Shown: positions 44,109-53,908 of the stretch, piece by piece
How positions within the stretch are numbered: the stretch's first letter is position 1
Layout: each line of letters begins with the position of its first letter
IMG/VR virus record: IMGVR_UViG_3300033069_001193
Location: 1 to 64,000 of that record
Length of the DNA: 64,000 bases
Direction: 5' to 3' (one strand)
DNA from: a virus
Taxonomy: Duplodnaviria; Caudoviricetes
Translations under genes and position numbers: made by a program
The notes under the pieces: generated by a model
Databases searched by the model: none
Seen by the model: the letters and a program-made list of their open reading frames with translations, nothing else
What the model was told of the DNA's origin: nothing

Positions 44109-44909
44109 TCAGTAGTTCCGGATGAGGACCTCAGACACTGTCTTTCGGGAGACACCACGGGAGGCGATGGACCGACGCACCTGCACGGTGTCGATCCTGA
44201 ATCCTGCGTATAGTTTGTGAACCTCTGGACAGTCAGAATTTGACTGTAGGAACTTCCCGCCGGCGGCGTCTATTTGCAGGCACCTGTCCCGCAACCTGAC
44301 GTGTTCAGCCGGTCCGAACCTGCCTGCGTAGGTTGTAAAACCTGAAGTAGGGCTGATCGGCACGTAAGGGGAGTCAAGGTAAACAAAGTCGCCCCTCCGG
44401 ACGTCTACCAGCAGCTCATCGAAGTCGCAGCATCTGATGTTGACCCGCGAGATCCCATCAGTGAAAGCTGCAATCTTCTTCGGATCGACTTTCAGGTTTT
44501 TAGGCCGCCCATACGGGACGTTGTGATGGCCCGCAGAATTGACGCGGTACAAACCCTGGAAACCCGCCTTGTTGAGGTACAGAAAGCGAGCAGCCCGCCA
44601 CACCAGATTGACGTCAGAAAAGTCGGGTTCACGGTCACGAGCCCGCAGTCGCAGGTAGAACTCCTTGTCATTGGGCCAGGAGTCGTACACCTTCAGTACA
44701 GCACTCTGGTCAACCCGTAGCTGGCAGTAGAAGTTGATGAGCTCGGGATTCTTATCGGAGACGAACGACTCGTGCTCAGGCAAGGCTAACAAGGCCGCTG
44801 CACTTCCCAGAAACGGTTCGAAGTACCGCTCATACGAGACAGGTGCAGCGGCCTGAATCTGTTCAGCCAGTTGGCGCTTGCTGCCGGCCCAACGGAGGAT
44901 CGGTTTCAC
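44109..44909 (-). CDS. dam: Dam-like DNA adenine methyltransferase (D12 class)
   Basis: LRWAGSK, YFEPFLGS, FLYLNKAGFQGLYRVN..G..NVPYG, FVYLDSPY (DPPY variant), FLQSNS. Confidence 0.85.
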   Translation of the reverse strand: MKPILRWAGSKRQLAEQIQAAAPVSYERYFEPFLGSAAALLALPEHESFVSDKNPELINFYCQLRVDQSAVLKVYDSWPNDKEFYLRLRARDREPDFSDVNLVWRAARFLYLNKAGFQGLYRVNSAGHHNVPYGRPKNLKVDPKKIAAFTDGISRVNIRCCDFDELLVDVRRGDFVYLDSPYVPISPTSGFTTYAGRFGPAEHVRLRDRCLQIDAAGGKFLQSNSDCPEVHKLYAGFRIDTVQVRRSIASRGVSRKTVSEVLIRNY

Positions 44910-45556
44910 GAGTGAAGGCCAGCGTCACAGCGTTCGTCGATCCTCGCGCCACAGGTGTGGCACGGGATGACGATGCGATCCATCACCTCACGATGAACCT
45001 CTTCCATGGGTCGAGCGTTGTCAACCAACGCATGGTCGTTCGGATGCATCAGAGCCCAATCACGGTACATGGCACGGACCCGAGCCTGCAACTCGCCGTC
45101 CTTCTCGTAGGAGTCGTCTTCGGTGGTCGTCCGGCGGTACGAACGCTCTGTGAAGACGATCGTCAGATCGGCAGGTTTGATCCACCGGTAGAACCACAGG
45201 ACCAACCTCGGGTTGACGCCGGTGGCAATGCCATAAATGACGGATGACAGGCCCCACCGGTCGAAGACGACCACGTCGTTGCGCGCCGAGATCGCCGGTA
45301 GATAGAACAGCTGGAATGACAGCTTGTTGAGGGTCTGGACCAGTTGAAAGCTGATCGGCAGGCGCTTGGCCCAACCCGTCCGCAGCATCCAGTAGATCAG
45401 GTGGTGGGTCCATCGAGTGACTGAGGTAGGCGCCTCAATTCGCTCGACCCGAGCGCCGGCCTGTCGCAGGGCCTCAACTGCCATCTTGGACTGCGTCTCC
45501 TTACCCGTCTGATCACCGCCTTCGAACACAATGATTTTGCAGCGTTTCTTCGACAT
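44906..45556 (-). CDS. tmk: Thymidylate kinase
   Basis: VFEGGDQTGKETQ, VVFDRWGLSSVIYG, KPADL. Confidence 0.85.
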   Translation of the reverse strand: MSKKRCKIIVFEGGDQTGKETQSKMAVEALRQAGARVERIEAPTSVTRWTHHLIYWMLRTGWAKRLPISFQLVQTLNKLSFQLFYLPAISARNDVVVFDRWGLSSVIYGIATGVNPRLVLWFYRWIKPADLTIVFTERSYRRTTTEDDSYEKDGELQARVRAMYRDWALMHPNDHALVDNARPMEEVHREVMDRIVIPCHTCGARIDERCDAGLHS

Positions 45557-46322
45557 ACTCTTTTGACCCTTCGTTCCAGTTGACGTCTTCCAGTGCAGCG
45601 ATCTCATCAATCGCCAGTAGCTTGATGTGACTTTCGGTCACGATCTCAAATTGCAACCCACATTCACTGCAGAACGCTTTGCACGCCTCGAACTTGGCGA
45701 GGTTGGTCGGGTGCGACACCAACGCGGCAGGTTTGATCTCGTACACCGTGGAACCAATTTGGAAGTCAGGCAGATACGTGCGCTTTCGTCCACCTAGGAC
45801 ATACTTCACCGATTGTGGCACGTTCACCTGCTCACCACGTGCCATGACCTCGACCAACCACGACAGCTCGTACGAGCTCTTGAATCTGATGCCTCTGTAC
45901 GTCCCTTGGATGTGAGATCTGCCACCTCGCTCATACACTCGACCGTACGCCGGATTGTTTTCACCGGTGAGGATCTGAGAATGACGAGCGCGAAGTTGTG
46001 CCGATCTTTCAAGGCCGTAAAGCTGATCCCACGTCTTGCCTCGTCGAACCTCATGCATACGCCTCAATCCGTGCACGTGGTCATGGCGCCCGTGCATCGG
46101 ATTGTTCTCGCCCGTGGTCGCAACCGACGTTGCCTGTCGGTGAAGCTCCTTCCGCCTCAGCGCTTCTTCCTCACCGTATCGTTCAACCCACCACTCCCAT
46201 GTCGTCTTGTCGTTGACGTAGGTGCGGCGAATTCCGTTGGCGTGTTGCCATGCGTTCGAACAGGAGCGGTTGCAGAATCGCTTCTTGGCCTTGTGCTCAC
46301 CGCACCACTCGCAGACGTTCAT
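45513..46322 (-). CDS. Putative homing endonuclease (NUMOD3-like repeats + TnsA-like PD-(D/E)xK domain)
   Basis: CEWCG..FCNRSC; GENNPMHG/GENNPAYG; FKSSYE..RTYLPDF..EIKP. Confidence 0.8.
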   Translation of the reverse strand: MNVCEWCGEHKAKKRFCNRSCSNAWQHANGIRRTYVNDKTTWEWWVERYGEEEALRRKELHRQATSVATTGENNPMHGRHDHVHGLRRMHEVRRGKTWDQLYGLERSAQLRARHSQILTGENNPAYGRVYERGGRSHIQGTYRGIRFKSSYELSWLVEVMARGEQVNVPQSVKYVLGGRKRTYLPDFQIGSTVYEIKPAALVSHPTNLAKFEACKAFCSECGLQFEIVTESHIKLLAIDEIAALEDVNWNEGSKEYVEETLQNHCVRRR

Positions 46323-46340
46323 GACATGGATAGCTATGCG

Positions 46341-46616
46341 CTACTTCGAAGGATCCGACAAGACCGACTGCTCTTTCTGCACTTTCGCGTAGTGCACCGC
46401 GGTGACCACTTCACATGCGAAGTCACGAAACACGCTCCTGACGAGCTCATTCCTCTTACGGACGCTCGCACCGGGTTCACCCACCTTGATTGCATCGAGG
46501 TCTGAGGCACCGAACCTGAGCAGGAGGTCCATGCGGAGATAGCCCGGTTCCTTCCGGTTCGGACGCTCCACCACGTACCGATCGATGATCTTCTCGATGT
46601 CAGTCTCGTTTTCCAT
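46341..46616 (-). CDS. Hypothetical protein
   Basis: GGAGGG upstream of ATG. Confidence 0.55.
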   Translation of the reverse strand: MENETDIEKIIDRYVVERPNRKEPGYLRMDLLLRFGASDLDAIKVGEPGASVRKRNELVRSVFRDFACEVVTAVHYAKVQKEQSVLSDPSK

Positions 46617-46640
46617 AGCACCCTCCAGTCTCTAATCCTA

Positions 46641-47576
46641 TCACTCGTCGACAGGCAGCTCAAGGTCACGCATGGTGCCCAGGGCAGCCTTGAAGTTGTC
46701 CTCATGAGGAATCAACTTGCGCGCTTGAACCCACCCACGAAAATTTCCACTGAACGTCTGTTTGATGTCTGCCAAGTACGGGACCATGACATTGTGCAGC
46801 GTCATCCGGCTGAGCGTCTTGTCTGCCTCCAGCTGCGTCATCGGTGTCGCTGCATGTTCGAATGGGCTCATGTGGCCGCTCTTCAACAGGCGTTCAGACA
46901 GCTCGATGTCAGCCTTGGGATCCCGCTTGCCGTCGTGGGTCAAGTAAGAGACCCGAGCACACCGGCCGATGCAAACCTTAATCACATCGAGCATCGTCAG
47001 GCCTTCGGCCAGCAGCTGTTCGACATCGTCGACCAACGGCAGGTGCCAGTCACCGTACTGCAGTTGGACAGGCCATGACTGATCACGAGCGTCCAGGGCC
47101 ATCTCGGCAGCACGCTTGATCTCAGGTTGGGCGTCCTTGCTGATACGTAGGCCATCCCAATTGTCGTACTCGGTCGCCGTGACGACGACGGTGTGCCACA
47201 ACCAAGGCTCGAGCAACCGATTGGTGATTTGCTTGTGGATGCCCAACCGCAGCATCTCTTCAGCTGAAGCCATCATGTGGCCTCGTGCCGTCAACCACTC
47301 GTCCGCTGCCAGATGTTGCACGTCAAGAGTCAGCTCTTCCTCGGCCTGCATCCCTTTCTGATTCTTGCCCCAGTAGATGGGGATGAACGGATCATCCTTG
47401 GCCCGCTGCATCATCTTCTCGACCGGGATGGCCCGGCTGGAGGCGCTGTTGCGGGAGAACACCCTGTGGGTGTTAAATTCTGCGAGGACAATCCTCGGGA
47501 ACGTCAGCTCCAGGGTCGTCAACCGGACGCCCTCAGGGCTCAAGCTGTCTCGCAGGACCTTTGCACTGTATGCCAT
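46641..47576 (-). CDS. thyX: FAD-dependent thymidylate synthase
   Basis: EFNTHRVFSRNSASSRAIP, NRLLEPW, AQPEI, GRCARVSY, HMSPFEH. Confidence 0.88.
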   Translation of the reverse strand: MAYSAKVLRDSLSPEGVRLTTLELTFPRIVLAEFNTHRVFSRNSASSRAIPVEKMMQRAKDDPFIPIYWGKNQKGMQAEEELTLDVQHLAADEWLTARGHMMASAEEMLRLGIHKQITNRLLEPWLWHTVVVTATEYDNWDGLRISKDAQPEIKRAAEMALDARDQSWPVQLQYGDWHLPLVDDVEQLLAEGLTMLDVIKVCIGRCARVSYLTHDGKRDPKADIELSERLLKSGHMSPFEHAATPMTQLEADKTLSRMTLHNVMVPYLADIKQTFSGNFRGWVQARKLIPHEDNFKAALGTMRDLELPVDE

Positions 47577-47578
47577 CT

Positions 47579-48427
47579 TCATGCTCCGTAGACGCGAACG
47601 CACTCGCGCATGGTGTTGTCGTGGATCTCCAGAACCTTCGGAATGGAACCATCGGGTTCGACCTGGTAGCCGCCTGCTAGGTCCCAGGCTACTGGGACGC
47701 CTCGCGTCCTCATCCCATCGAAGACCATTGCGTCGCGGCGGCGCAACTCTTCAGTCGTCAGCCAACCGCCATACGGGTCATCGATGTGGGGATCGGCGCC
47801 CGCCTGGTACAGGACCACGTCGCAATCAGCCAACCAGCCCAATACCTTGGGAAGCTCCTCGAAGAAGGCCGACACCTGACTAGCATCCTGATAACGCTGT
47901 CCGCCAGTGAAGTGTTTGATCCAAGCGTTCGAACGAACGTGTTGAATGATGCCGTCAGTCCCGTTGCCGTAGTGCATATCAAGGTCAAGGATGCCTACCC
48001 GCTCGATGCCTTCCTTCTTCAGGACATGGGCCGTGACCATCAGACCGTTGAAGGTGCAGAAACCCTCTGCCCAGGCGAAGCCGGCATGGTGAAAGCCAGA
48101 CACCGGTGCAACTGCGACTCCACGGGTCGCCAGGGCGTGGCGTGCGGCGGCCAACATCGCTCCTGAGGTGTAAGGCAGTGTAGCAGCGACCTCGGCAGAT
48201 CGGTTGTCGAAACCATTATCGATTCGACAACCCAGGATCCCTTCAACGAAGGCAGGATCGTGGGCCAATGCCAGCTGTTCAACGGTGACAGGCTCCGGCT
48301 CGATGATCTCGATCGGAAACTGTCGCCGCCAGGACTCGACGACCTTGGCGGGTTTCGCAGCTGAGGGCGAAGCACTGCGTGAGTCGGCGACCATCCTAGG
48401 CGTGAAAAAGACAGGAATCTGGGCCAT
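47579..48427 (-). CDS. Histone deacetylase-family (Zn-dependent amidohydrolase) protein
   Basis: GFHHAG..GFCTFNG, ILDLDMHYGNGT, YQAGADP, GGY. Confidence 0.9.
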   Translation of the reverse strand: MAQIPVFFTPRMVADSRSASPSAAKPAKVVESWRRQFPIEIIEPEPVTVEQLALAHDPAFVEGILGCRIDNGFDNRSAEVAATLPYTSGAMLAAARHALATRGVAVAPVSGFHHAGFAWAEGFCTFNGLMVTAHVLKKEGIERVGILDLDMHYGNGTDGIIQHVRSNAWIKHFTGGQRYQDASQVSAFFEELPKVLGWLADCDVVLYQAGADPHIDDPYGGWLTTEELRRRDAMVFDGMRTRGVPVAWDLAGGYQVEPDGSIPKVLEIHDNTMRECVRVYGA

Positions 48428-48530
48428 AGCTCCTCAATACTGTGGCCCCGAGTTTTCTGGGTGCTGCTGGTGGGCAGCCAACCATCCTCTGGGCCTAGTG
48501 AAGGACCCTATACCGTGCTAAGGGGTGTGT

Positions 48531-48797
48531 TCAGACCCTACGAGTAAATGAGAACAGCGAACTGTCCAGGACGTCGTAGACCTTCTCTTCAAGCTCATCG
48601 CAGGCGTCGTTCATGGCCTGCATGGCTTCATTGCGATCTGCTAGATTATCGCTCTTGTTGATCAGCACGTAGCCGGTGATCCGGTCTCTGATCCGATTGA
48701 CAAATTCGGCAGTGTCCTGCCGGAGCTGCCATTCAGGAACTCCGTGCAGGAACTCTTCCTTGATCAGTGATCGCAGGTCACCCAACCGCACCTTCAT
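48531..48797 (-). CDS. Hypothetical protein with shared N-terminal motif
   Basis: MKVRLGDLRSLIKEE; TACTTAG 4 nt upstream. Confidence 0.7.
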   Translation of the reverse strand: MKVRLGDLRSLIKEEFLHGVPEWQLRQDTAEFVNRIRDRITGYVLINKSDNLADRNEAMQAMNDACDELEEKVYDVLDSSLFSFTRRV

Positions 48798-48808
48798 GTG
48801 GCTAAGTA

Positions 48809-51319
48809 TCAGCCACACTTACTCCAGGTGCAGGTCGAACCGTCGGGCAGTGTACCGCCGTGGCAGGAGATGCAGCCGTTCTGGTAGACCAAAGTGGCGC
48901 CGTCACACTCCGGACACTTCTTCTCGGTGCTTGACTTGGCGCCATCCGGGATATAGCCCTTCAAAACCCTCGCGATGACAGTTGAGAAGCTCCACAGGTC
49001 AGAGTGCTTGTCCTTCTTCAACTGTTCGACGACGTACTGCATCGGCACACCGTGCCGAAGCGACATTGAAATGACACGAGTCAGGGCCCCGTGCTCCGGG
49101 TTGTCAAATTGTGCGACAACGTCATTGAGGAGGATCTCATCGTCGTCACCCAACGGGATCCGCAGGTTGTAGGTGGCGATGCCATCCTTCTTGCCGTTCT
49201 TGATCAGCTGCGCCTTCTTGGTCTTTTTGGGGACCTCAACGTGCTCACTGAGGCCTGCGAACAGTTCGTATGGCCGACCGTTCAACATGCCGACCAGGAC
49301 CAGGTACTGGTCACCCTTGATGCTGACGCGGTGGACGTCGCACTCGACGACCTTGGGACGCTTGGGGGCGTGTGACTCAATGATGACCAATGGCTGATCG
49401 TCCTCACGAGTTGCGCCCTCGTTGACGATGACAGCATCGCGGCTGCCGATGCGGTAGATGGTGACGCCCTTGCATCCCGTCTCCCAGGCCCTCCAACACA
49501 GGTCTGACACCGTCGAATTGTCGACGTCATTGGGAAGGTTGGTGGTGTTGCTGATGCTGTGACAGATCCACTTCTGGGCAGCAGCCTGGATGGCGACCTT
49601 ACGCAACGGGTCGATCTCCTCCACCGTCGACCCGTGATAGGGCGACTTGGTAACGTCGTCCTCACCCGTAGCCTCCATCCACTGCTTGACGCCGTGATGG
49701 AACAGGTCGTAGTACTGCCACTGGTCGCCCATCATGTCGACCTCGTCCACACGAGCATTCTTGTCAGCCGTCGTGATCTTCTTCTTGCGCCGGCTCTTAA
49801 TGAAGACCACCGGCTCGCAGCCAGAGGTCGACTGCGTCATCAGTGAACCGCTGCCGACTGGTGCTGTTGTGGTGTTGGCAATGTTGCGGCGACCGTACTG
49901 CTCGTAATCAGCTTGCAGCTGCGGGTCATCCGCCAACACTCGCACGATGAACGGATGGTCCCTCTCCACCTCATGGGAAAAGATCGGGAATGGACCACGG
50001 TCACGGGCCATGTCGACAGAGGCCCGGTACGAGGTCACAGTCAGATCACGATAGATGAGGTCCGTCAGCTTGACAGATTCATCGCTGCCGTACCTGAAAC
50101 CCATCGAGGCGATGGTGTCGCCCAAGGCAGTAATGCCCAGACCAGTGCGTCGACCATTGACGGCCGCCTTCCGGATCTTTTCCCACAGCTCGAGCTCAGG
50201 ACGCTTGACATCGTCGGGTTCTGGGTCGGCCTTCACCTTCTCGATGATGCGACTGATTGCCTCCAGCTCCAGGTCGACCAGGTCATCCATCAGCTTCTGA
50301 GCCACATAGCACGCCTTGCGGTATGCCTCGCGAGCGAAGCTTGCACTCTTCAAGAAGGGATCGACGACAAACTTCCACGGGTTGGCGAAGAGCAACCGGC
50401 AGCTGTCATAGGGCGATAGCGTGATCTCCCCACATGGGTTGGTGCTGACCGAACCGTAGCCGAACCTGGCGTAAGCGTCAGCTGGACCCCAGGTGATCAC
50501 CGTGTCCCAGAACAACATACCAGGTTCACTGCAGTCTCGCATCGCGGCCACGATGTTGTTCCACACCTCACGAGCGTCTACCCATTGCTCGACCAGGTAG
50601 CTGTCCAGGCCAGGCTCGACCGGAAAACGCTGATGGTACTTCTCACCCTTCTGCACCGCGTGCATGAACTCATCTGACATCCGGATGGAGACATTGGCCC
50701 CCGTCACCTTCTTGCGGTCACGCTTGATGTTGGCGAATGTCAACACTTCAGGATGGTGAACGCTGAGCGTCAACATCAGAGCCCCGCGCCGGCCACCTTG
50801 GCCCACCTCACGACAGGTGTTACTGTAACGTTCCATAAAAACACCAATGCCGTCTGTCGACCTCGCGGCGTTGGCAGCGGGCAATCCTTTCGGACGAATA
50901 GTCGACAGGTCGAAACCTACACCTCCACGACGCTTCATGATCTGGGCCTCCTCCTGGTCCGTCTTCATGATGCCACCGTACGAGTCGTAGGGGGCCTGGA
51001 CAACGAAACAATTGGACAGCGACTGTACCTGATACTGATTACCGATCGCTGACATTGGACCGCCTTGGGGGACAATCTCCCAACGCGACAGGTAACCGTA
51101 GATCTCATCTTCTGACAGAGGATTTGGGTAGCGAGCCTCAATGCGAGCGAACTCATGGGCGAGGCGCCGGTGCATGGCCTCAGGCGTGGACTCGTAGATG
51201 TTCCCTGCCAGGTCCTGCAAGGCGTACTTGCCAGCGAACACGTCGGCAGCCAACTCATCACCGTTGAAGTATGAGAGCGAAGCGCGGTGCGCTTCATCGT
51301 AGGTGTACGATCGCATCAA
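48809..51319 (-). CDS. nrdJ: Class II (B12-dependent) ribonucleotide reductase
   Basis: SLSNCFV, GGVGFDLS, TNPCGEI, GLGITALG, TAPVGS, KGVTIYR, C-terminal CPEC..GCISC. Confidence 0.92.
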   Translation of the reverse strand: MMRSYTYDEAHRASLSYFNGDELAADVFAGKYALQDLAGNIYESTPEAMHRRLAHEFARIEARYPNPLSEDEIYGYLSRWEIVPQGGPMSAIGNQYQVQSLSNCFVVQAPYDSYGGIMKTDQEEAQIMKRRGGVGFDLSTIRPKGLPAANAARSTDGIGVFMERYSNTCREVGQGGRRGALMLTLSVHHPEVLTFANIKRDRKKVTGANVSIRMSDEFMHAVQKGEKYHQRFPVEPGLDSYLVEQWVDAREVWNNIVAAMRDCSEPGMLFWDTVITWGPADAYARFGYGSVSTNPCGEITLSPYDSCRLLFANPWKFVVDPFLKSASFAREAYRKACYVAQKLMDDLVDLELEAISRIIEKVKADPEPDDVKRPELELWEKIRKAAVNGRRTGLGITALGDTIASMGFRYGSDESVKLTDLIYRDLTVTSYRASVDMARDRGPFPIFSHEVERDHPFIVRVLADDPQLQADYEQYGRRNIANTTTAPVGSGSLMTQSTSGCEPVVFIKSRRKKKITTADKNARVDEVDMMGDQWQYYDLFHHGVKQWMEATGEDDVTKSPYHGSTVEEIDPLRKVAIQAAAQKWICHSISNTTNLPNDVDNSTVSDLCWRAWETGCKGVTIYRIGSRDAVIVNEGATREDDQPLVIIESHAPKRPKVVECDVHRVSIKGDQYLVLVGMLNGRPYELFAGLSEHVEVPKKTKKAQLIKNGKKDGIATYNLRIPLGDDDEILLNDVVAQFDNPEHGALTRVISMSLRHGVPMQYVVEQLKKDKHSDLWSFSTVIARVLKGYIPDGAKSSTEKKCPECDGATLVYQNGCISCHGGTLPDGSTCTWSKCG

Positions 51320-51393
51320 TCAGCCTTTCTTTGCCCGCCGGGCTCCAAATCCATCTAGCGATGCATCTCGGGGAAACACGGGGCGGTTCATAA

Positions 51394-52830
51394 CTATACC
51401 AGCCCGGTCACGGATTCAGTGCTCTCCTCTTCGGGGCGCTTGTAGAGTTGATCATCCCTGAGTTCCTTCAACTTACGACGCAAGGCTGCCTTGGTAGCGT
51501 CCTCGTCTTCCTTGACCGCTTCCTGCATGTCGCCAGCGGCGCCGGCGATGGTGAACTTGCTACGGGCGGTGTCGATGCGGGCCGGGTACACCAGACCGTC
51601 ACGACCGGCCCGGTTCTTGGCCACATAGAGGCGGCCGAAGCCTGATGACTTCTCGTGCGACTTCCTCGAGATGCTGAGAACAACATCAGCCACCATCGCC
51701 TTGCCGTAGGCCTCACTCATGTTGCCGAGGTCGACGACCTCGGCATTGGAACCTTCCTTGTTGGACTGGGAGGCAGTCCAGATCGGAAGCTTCTTCTCCA
51801 TCGCGAAAGCACGTAGTTCCTCGTAGATCAACTTCAACTCGTGCCGCAAGGAGTCGTACTGCCGGGTCGATCGCATGATGTCAGCGTAGTCAATGACAAT
51901 CAGGCCCGGACGAAAGCCCCTGATGTCTAGCCGCTCGATGTGGGCACGAAGGGTGTAGATGGTCGCCGAATTGGTCGGGAACTCCTTGATGATGAGACGC
52001 CCCAACTTCATCGACTTGTAGGCGTCCATCACCTTGTCCTTGTTATCGATGACTTGGTTGCTGTCCATGTCGCACAGATTGGAATCGTACCGCAGCCCCA
52101 CTGCTGCTTCCGTCAGCTCCATCGTGTAGTGAAGGACGTCGACGCCATTGCGCAAGGCATTCGCCCCCAAGAACGTCAAAAAGTGGCTCTTGCCCACGCC
52201 GGTAGGGGCAACGATGACGCCGATCTCACCCGAGCCCAGACCACCATTGAGGATGTCCTTACGATCGAGCTCGTCGAGGCCCGTCGCGATGGCATTGCGC
52301 TGGAGACGGGTGAAACGTGACTCGTAGTCAACAAAGAAGTCATGACCCATCGCCGGAGTGGTGCCCACCGTCACTGCCTTCTTGATGCCATCAACGATCA
52401 GTTCGTATTTCTCGGCCTGCATGTCATCGACGGCCTGGGTCAAGGCAGCCTTCAAGGCCTGCTTACGACAGAAGTCGAGCGATTTCTCCTTGACGTAGGC
52501 CAGGTCACCCGAGTCCGGACTCATCTTCATGCGAGACAGGTACTCGACAATCTGTTCTCGAAGGATGGCATCAGTGCCCACCTTCAGGTCCTCGCGGATG
52601 ATCGTAGCCAACAGTTGCAGCGATGGAAAGACCTTGTACTTCTTAGCATGACCAAAATAGCGTTCAGCCAGGAATGACAAGTACTTGGGCTCGAGGTAAT
52701 TGACGTCGAAGACCTCCAGCATCTGTTCGGCCCAGGTCCTATCAGACAACAAGGCCTGAACGATCTTCTCTTGGAAACTCTTGCCGTACTGCCCAAAGGT
52801 CACAGATGATCGTGTGTTCGTTTCGCTCAT
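51394..52830 (-). CDS. Replicative DNA helicase (DnaB/T4 gp41-like)
   Basis: APTGVGKS, IVIDYADIM, IWTASQSN, KNRAG. Confidence 0.9.
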   Translation of the reverse strand: MSETNTRSSVTFGQYGKSFQEKIVQALLSDRTWAEQMLEVFDVNYLEPKYLSFLAERYFGHAKKYKVFPSLQLLATIIREDLKVGTDAILREQIVEYLSRMKMSPDSGDLAYVKEKSLDFCRKQALKAALTQAVDDMQAEKYELIVDGIKKAVTVGTTPAMGHDFFVDYESRFTRLQRNAIATGLDELDRKDILNGGLGSGEIGVIVAPTGVGKSHFLTFLGANALRNGVDVLHYTMELTEAAVGLRYDSNLCDMDSNQVIDNKDKVMDAYKSMKLGRLIIKEFPTNSATIYTLRAHIERLDIRGFRPGLIVIDYADIMRSTRQYDSLRHELKLIYEELRAFAMEKKLPIWTASQSNKEGSNAEVVDLGNMSEAYGKAMVADVVLSISRKSHEKSSGFGRLYVAKNRAGRDGLVYPARIDTARSKFTIAGAAGDMQEAVKEDEDATKAALRRKLKELRDDQLYKRPEEESTESVTGLV

Positions 52831-52899
52831 GGATACCTATCTTAGGTCCAACAAGGGCCTATGTTCTACTACCGGCAAGCGGCAGCGCACTGTATTACT

Positions 52900-53883
52900 T
52901 CAGTCGCTGGTCTTCACCTGTAGGCCGGTGATGCAGCGGAACGTAGAGAAAAAGTCTTCAGTATCAAAGTCGCCGATCCCCTCCCTGACAAGGACGCGAA
53001 TCATGCCGACTCGATCCATTCGTGGGACGAAGTCCTTGATCCTCTGGTCGATAACCAGCCGTTGATGTGCCGAAATCATGCTGCCGTCGAGGTAAACCAA
53101 ACGCCAGTTACGCCTGACAGCGACCTCGTGTTCTAGGATGCGCTTGTATAGCCGCGATTCGTCAACGTGAGCGTGAGCGTAGCTGATGACGTCCTGCAAG
53201 ATGACGTCCTGCTCGGTTCCCAAGAACGGAAACACGCGGGCGACAGTCCGGAAGCCAACGCCCTTGACACCAGGCACGTTGTCGCCTGGATCACCGCACA
53301 ACGCCTTGGCAAGGGCAAAGTGCTTCGCTTGGACACGGAACTCTTCCATCACTGTTTCCTTAGTGACGAAGGTCTTCTTCTGAAGACTGTAGAGGCGGGC
53401 CTTGTCGTCCAGCAACTGGTACAGGTCCTTGTCAGACGAAACGATGACCTTGTCCACGCTACGCATTGGACCACAACACAAGTGGGCAACTAGATCATCT
53501 CCCTCACAATCGGGGGCGTACAGCTGGCAAACGGGTGTACACCGCGTCATCTGGATCAGCGTCTCGATCTGGTGCTTGCGGTTCTCCTCTGAATCTGGGA
53601 GATCATCACCATAAAATCGATTCAATCGATCAGGCGCACGGCCCAACTTATACTCAGGCAGCAACTTCCGGCGGCGAGACGAGCCACCACCTTCCCAACA
53701 CACGTAGATTGCCGACGGCTGAACCTCGTAGGTGATCCTACGTAGCGTCTTCAGAAAGCCGATGCAACCACCCATCTGATAGCCATGTGCTGACATGGTC
53801 GGGTAGGCGCAGTAGCTCCTGACAAAAAGATTGAGCGCATCCACAATAACTACAGGCCTTTGTACTTTTTCTTCCGTTGTCAT
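52900..53883 (-). CDS. 5'-3' exonuclease / flap endonuclease (T4 RNase H-like)
   Basis: IVDALNLF, EGDDLVA, SSDKDLYQL, LCGDPGDNVPGVKGVG. Confidence 0.92.
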   Translation of the reverse strand: MTTEEKVQRPVVIVDALNLFVRSYCAYPTMSAHGYQMGGCIGFLKTLRRITYEVQPSAIYVCWEGGGSSRRRKLLPEYKLGRAPDRLNRFYGDDLPDSEENRKHQIETLIQMTRCTPVCQLYAPDCEGDDLVAHLCCGPMRSVDKVIVSSDKDLYQLLDDKARLYSLQKKTFVTKETVMEEFRVQAKHFALAKALCGDPGDNVPGVKGVGFRTVARVFPFLGTEQDVILQDVISYAHAHVDESRLYKRILEHEVAVRRNWRLVYLDGSMISAHQRLVIDQRIKDFVPRMDRVGMIRVLVREGIGDFDTEDFFSTFRCITGLQVKTSD

Positions 53884-53908
53884 AGCACGTACCTTATACT
53901 ATCTACTC

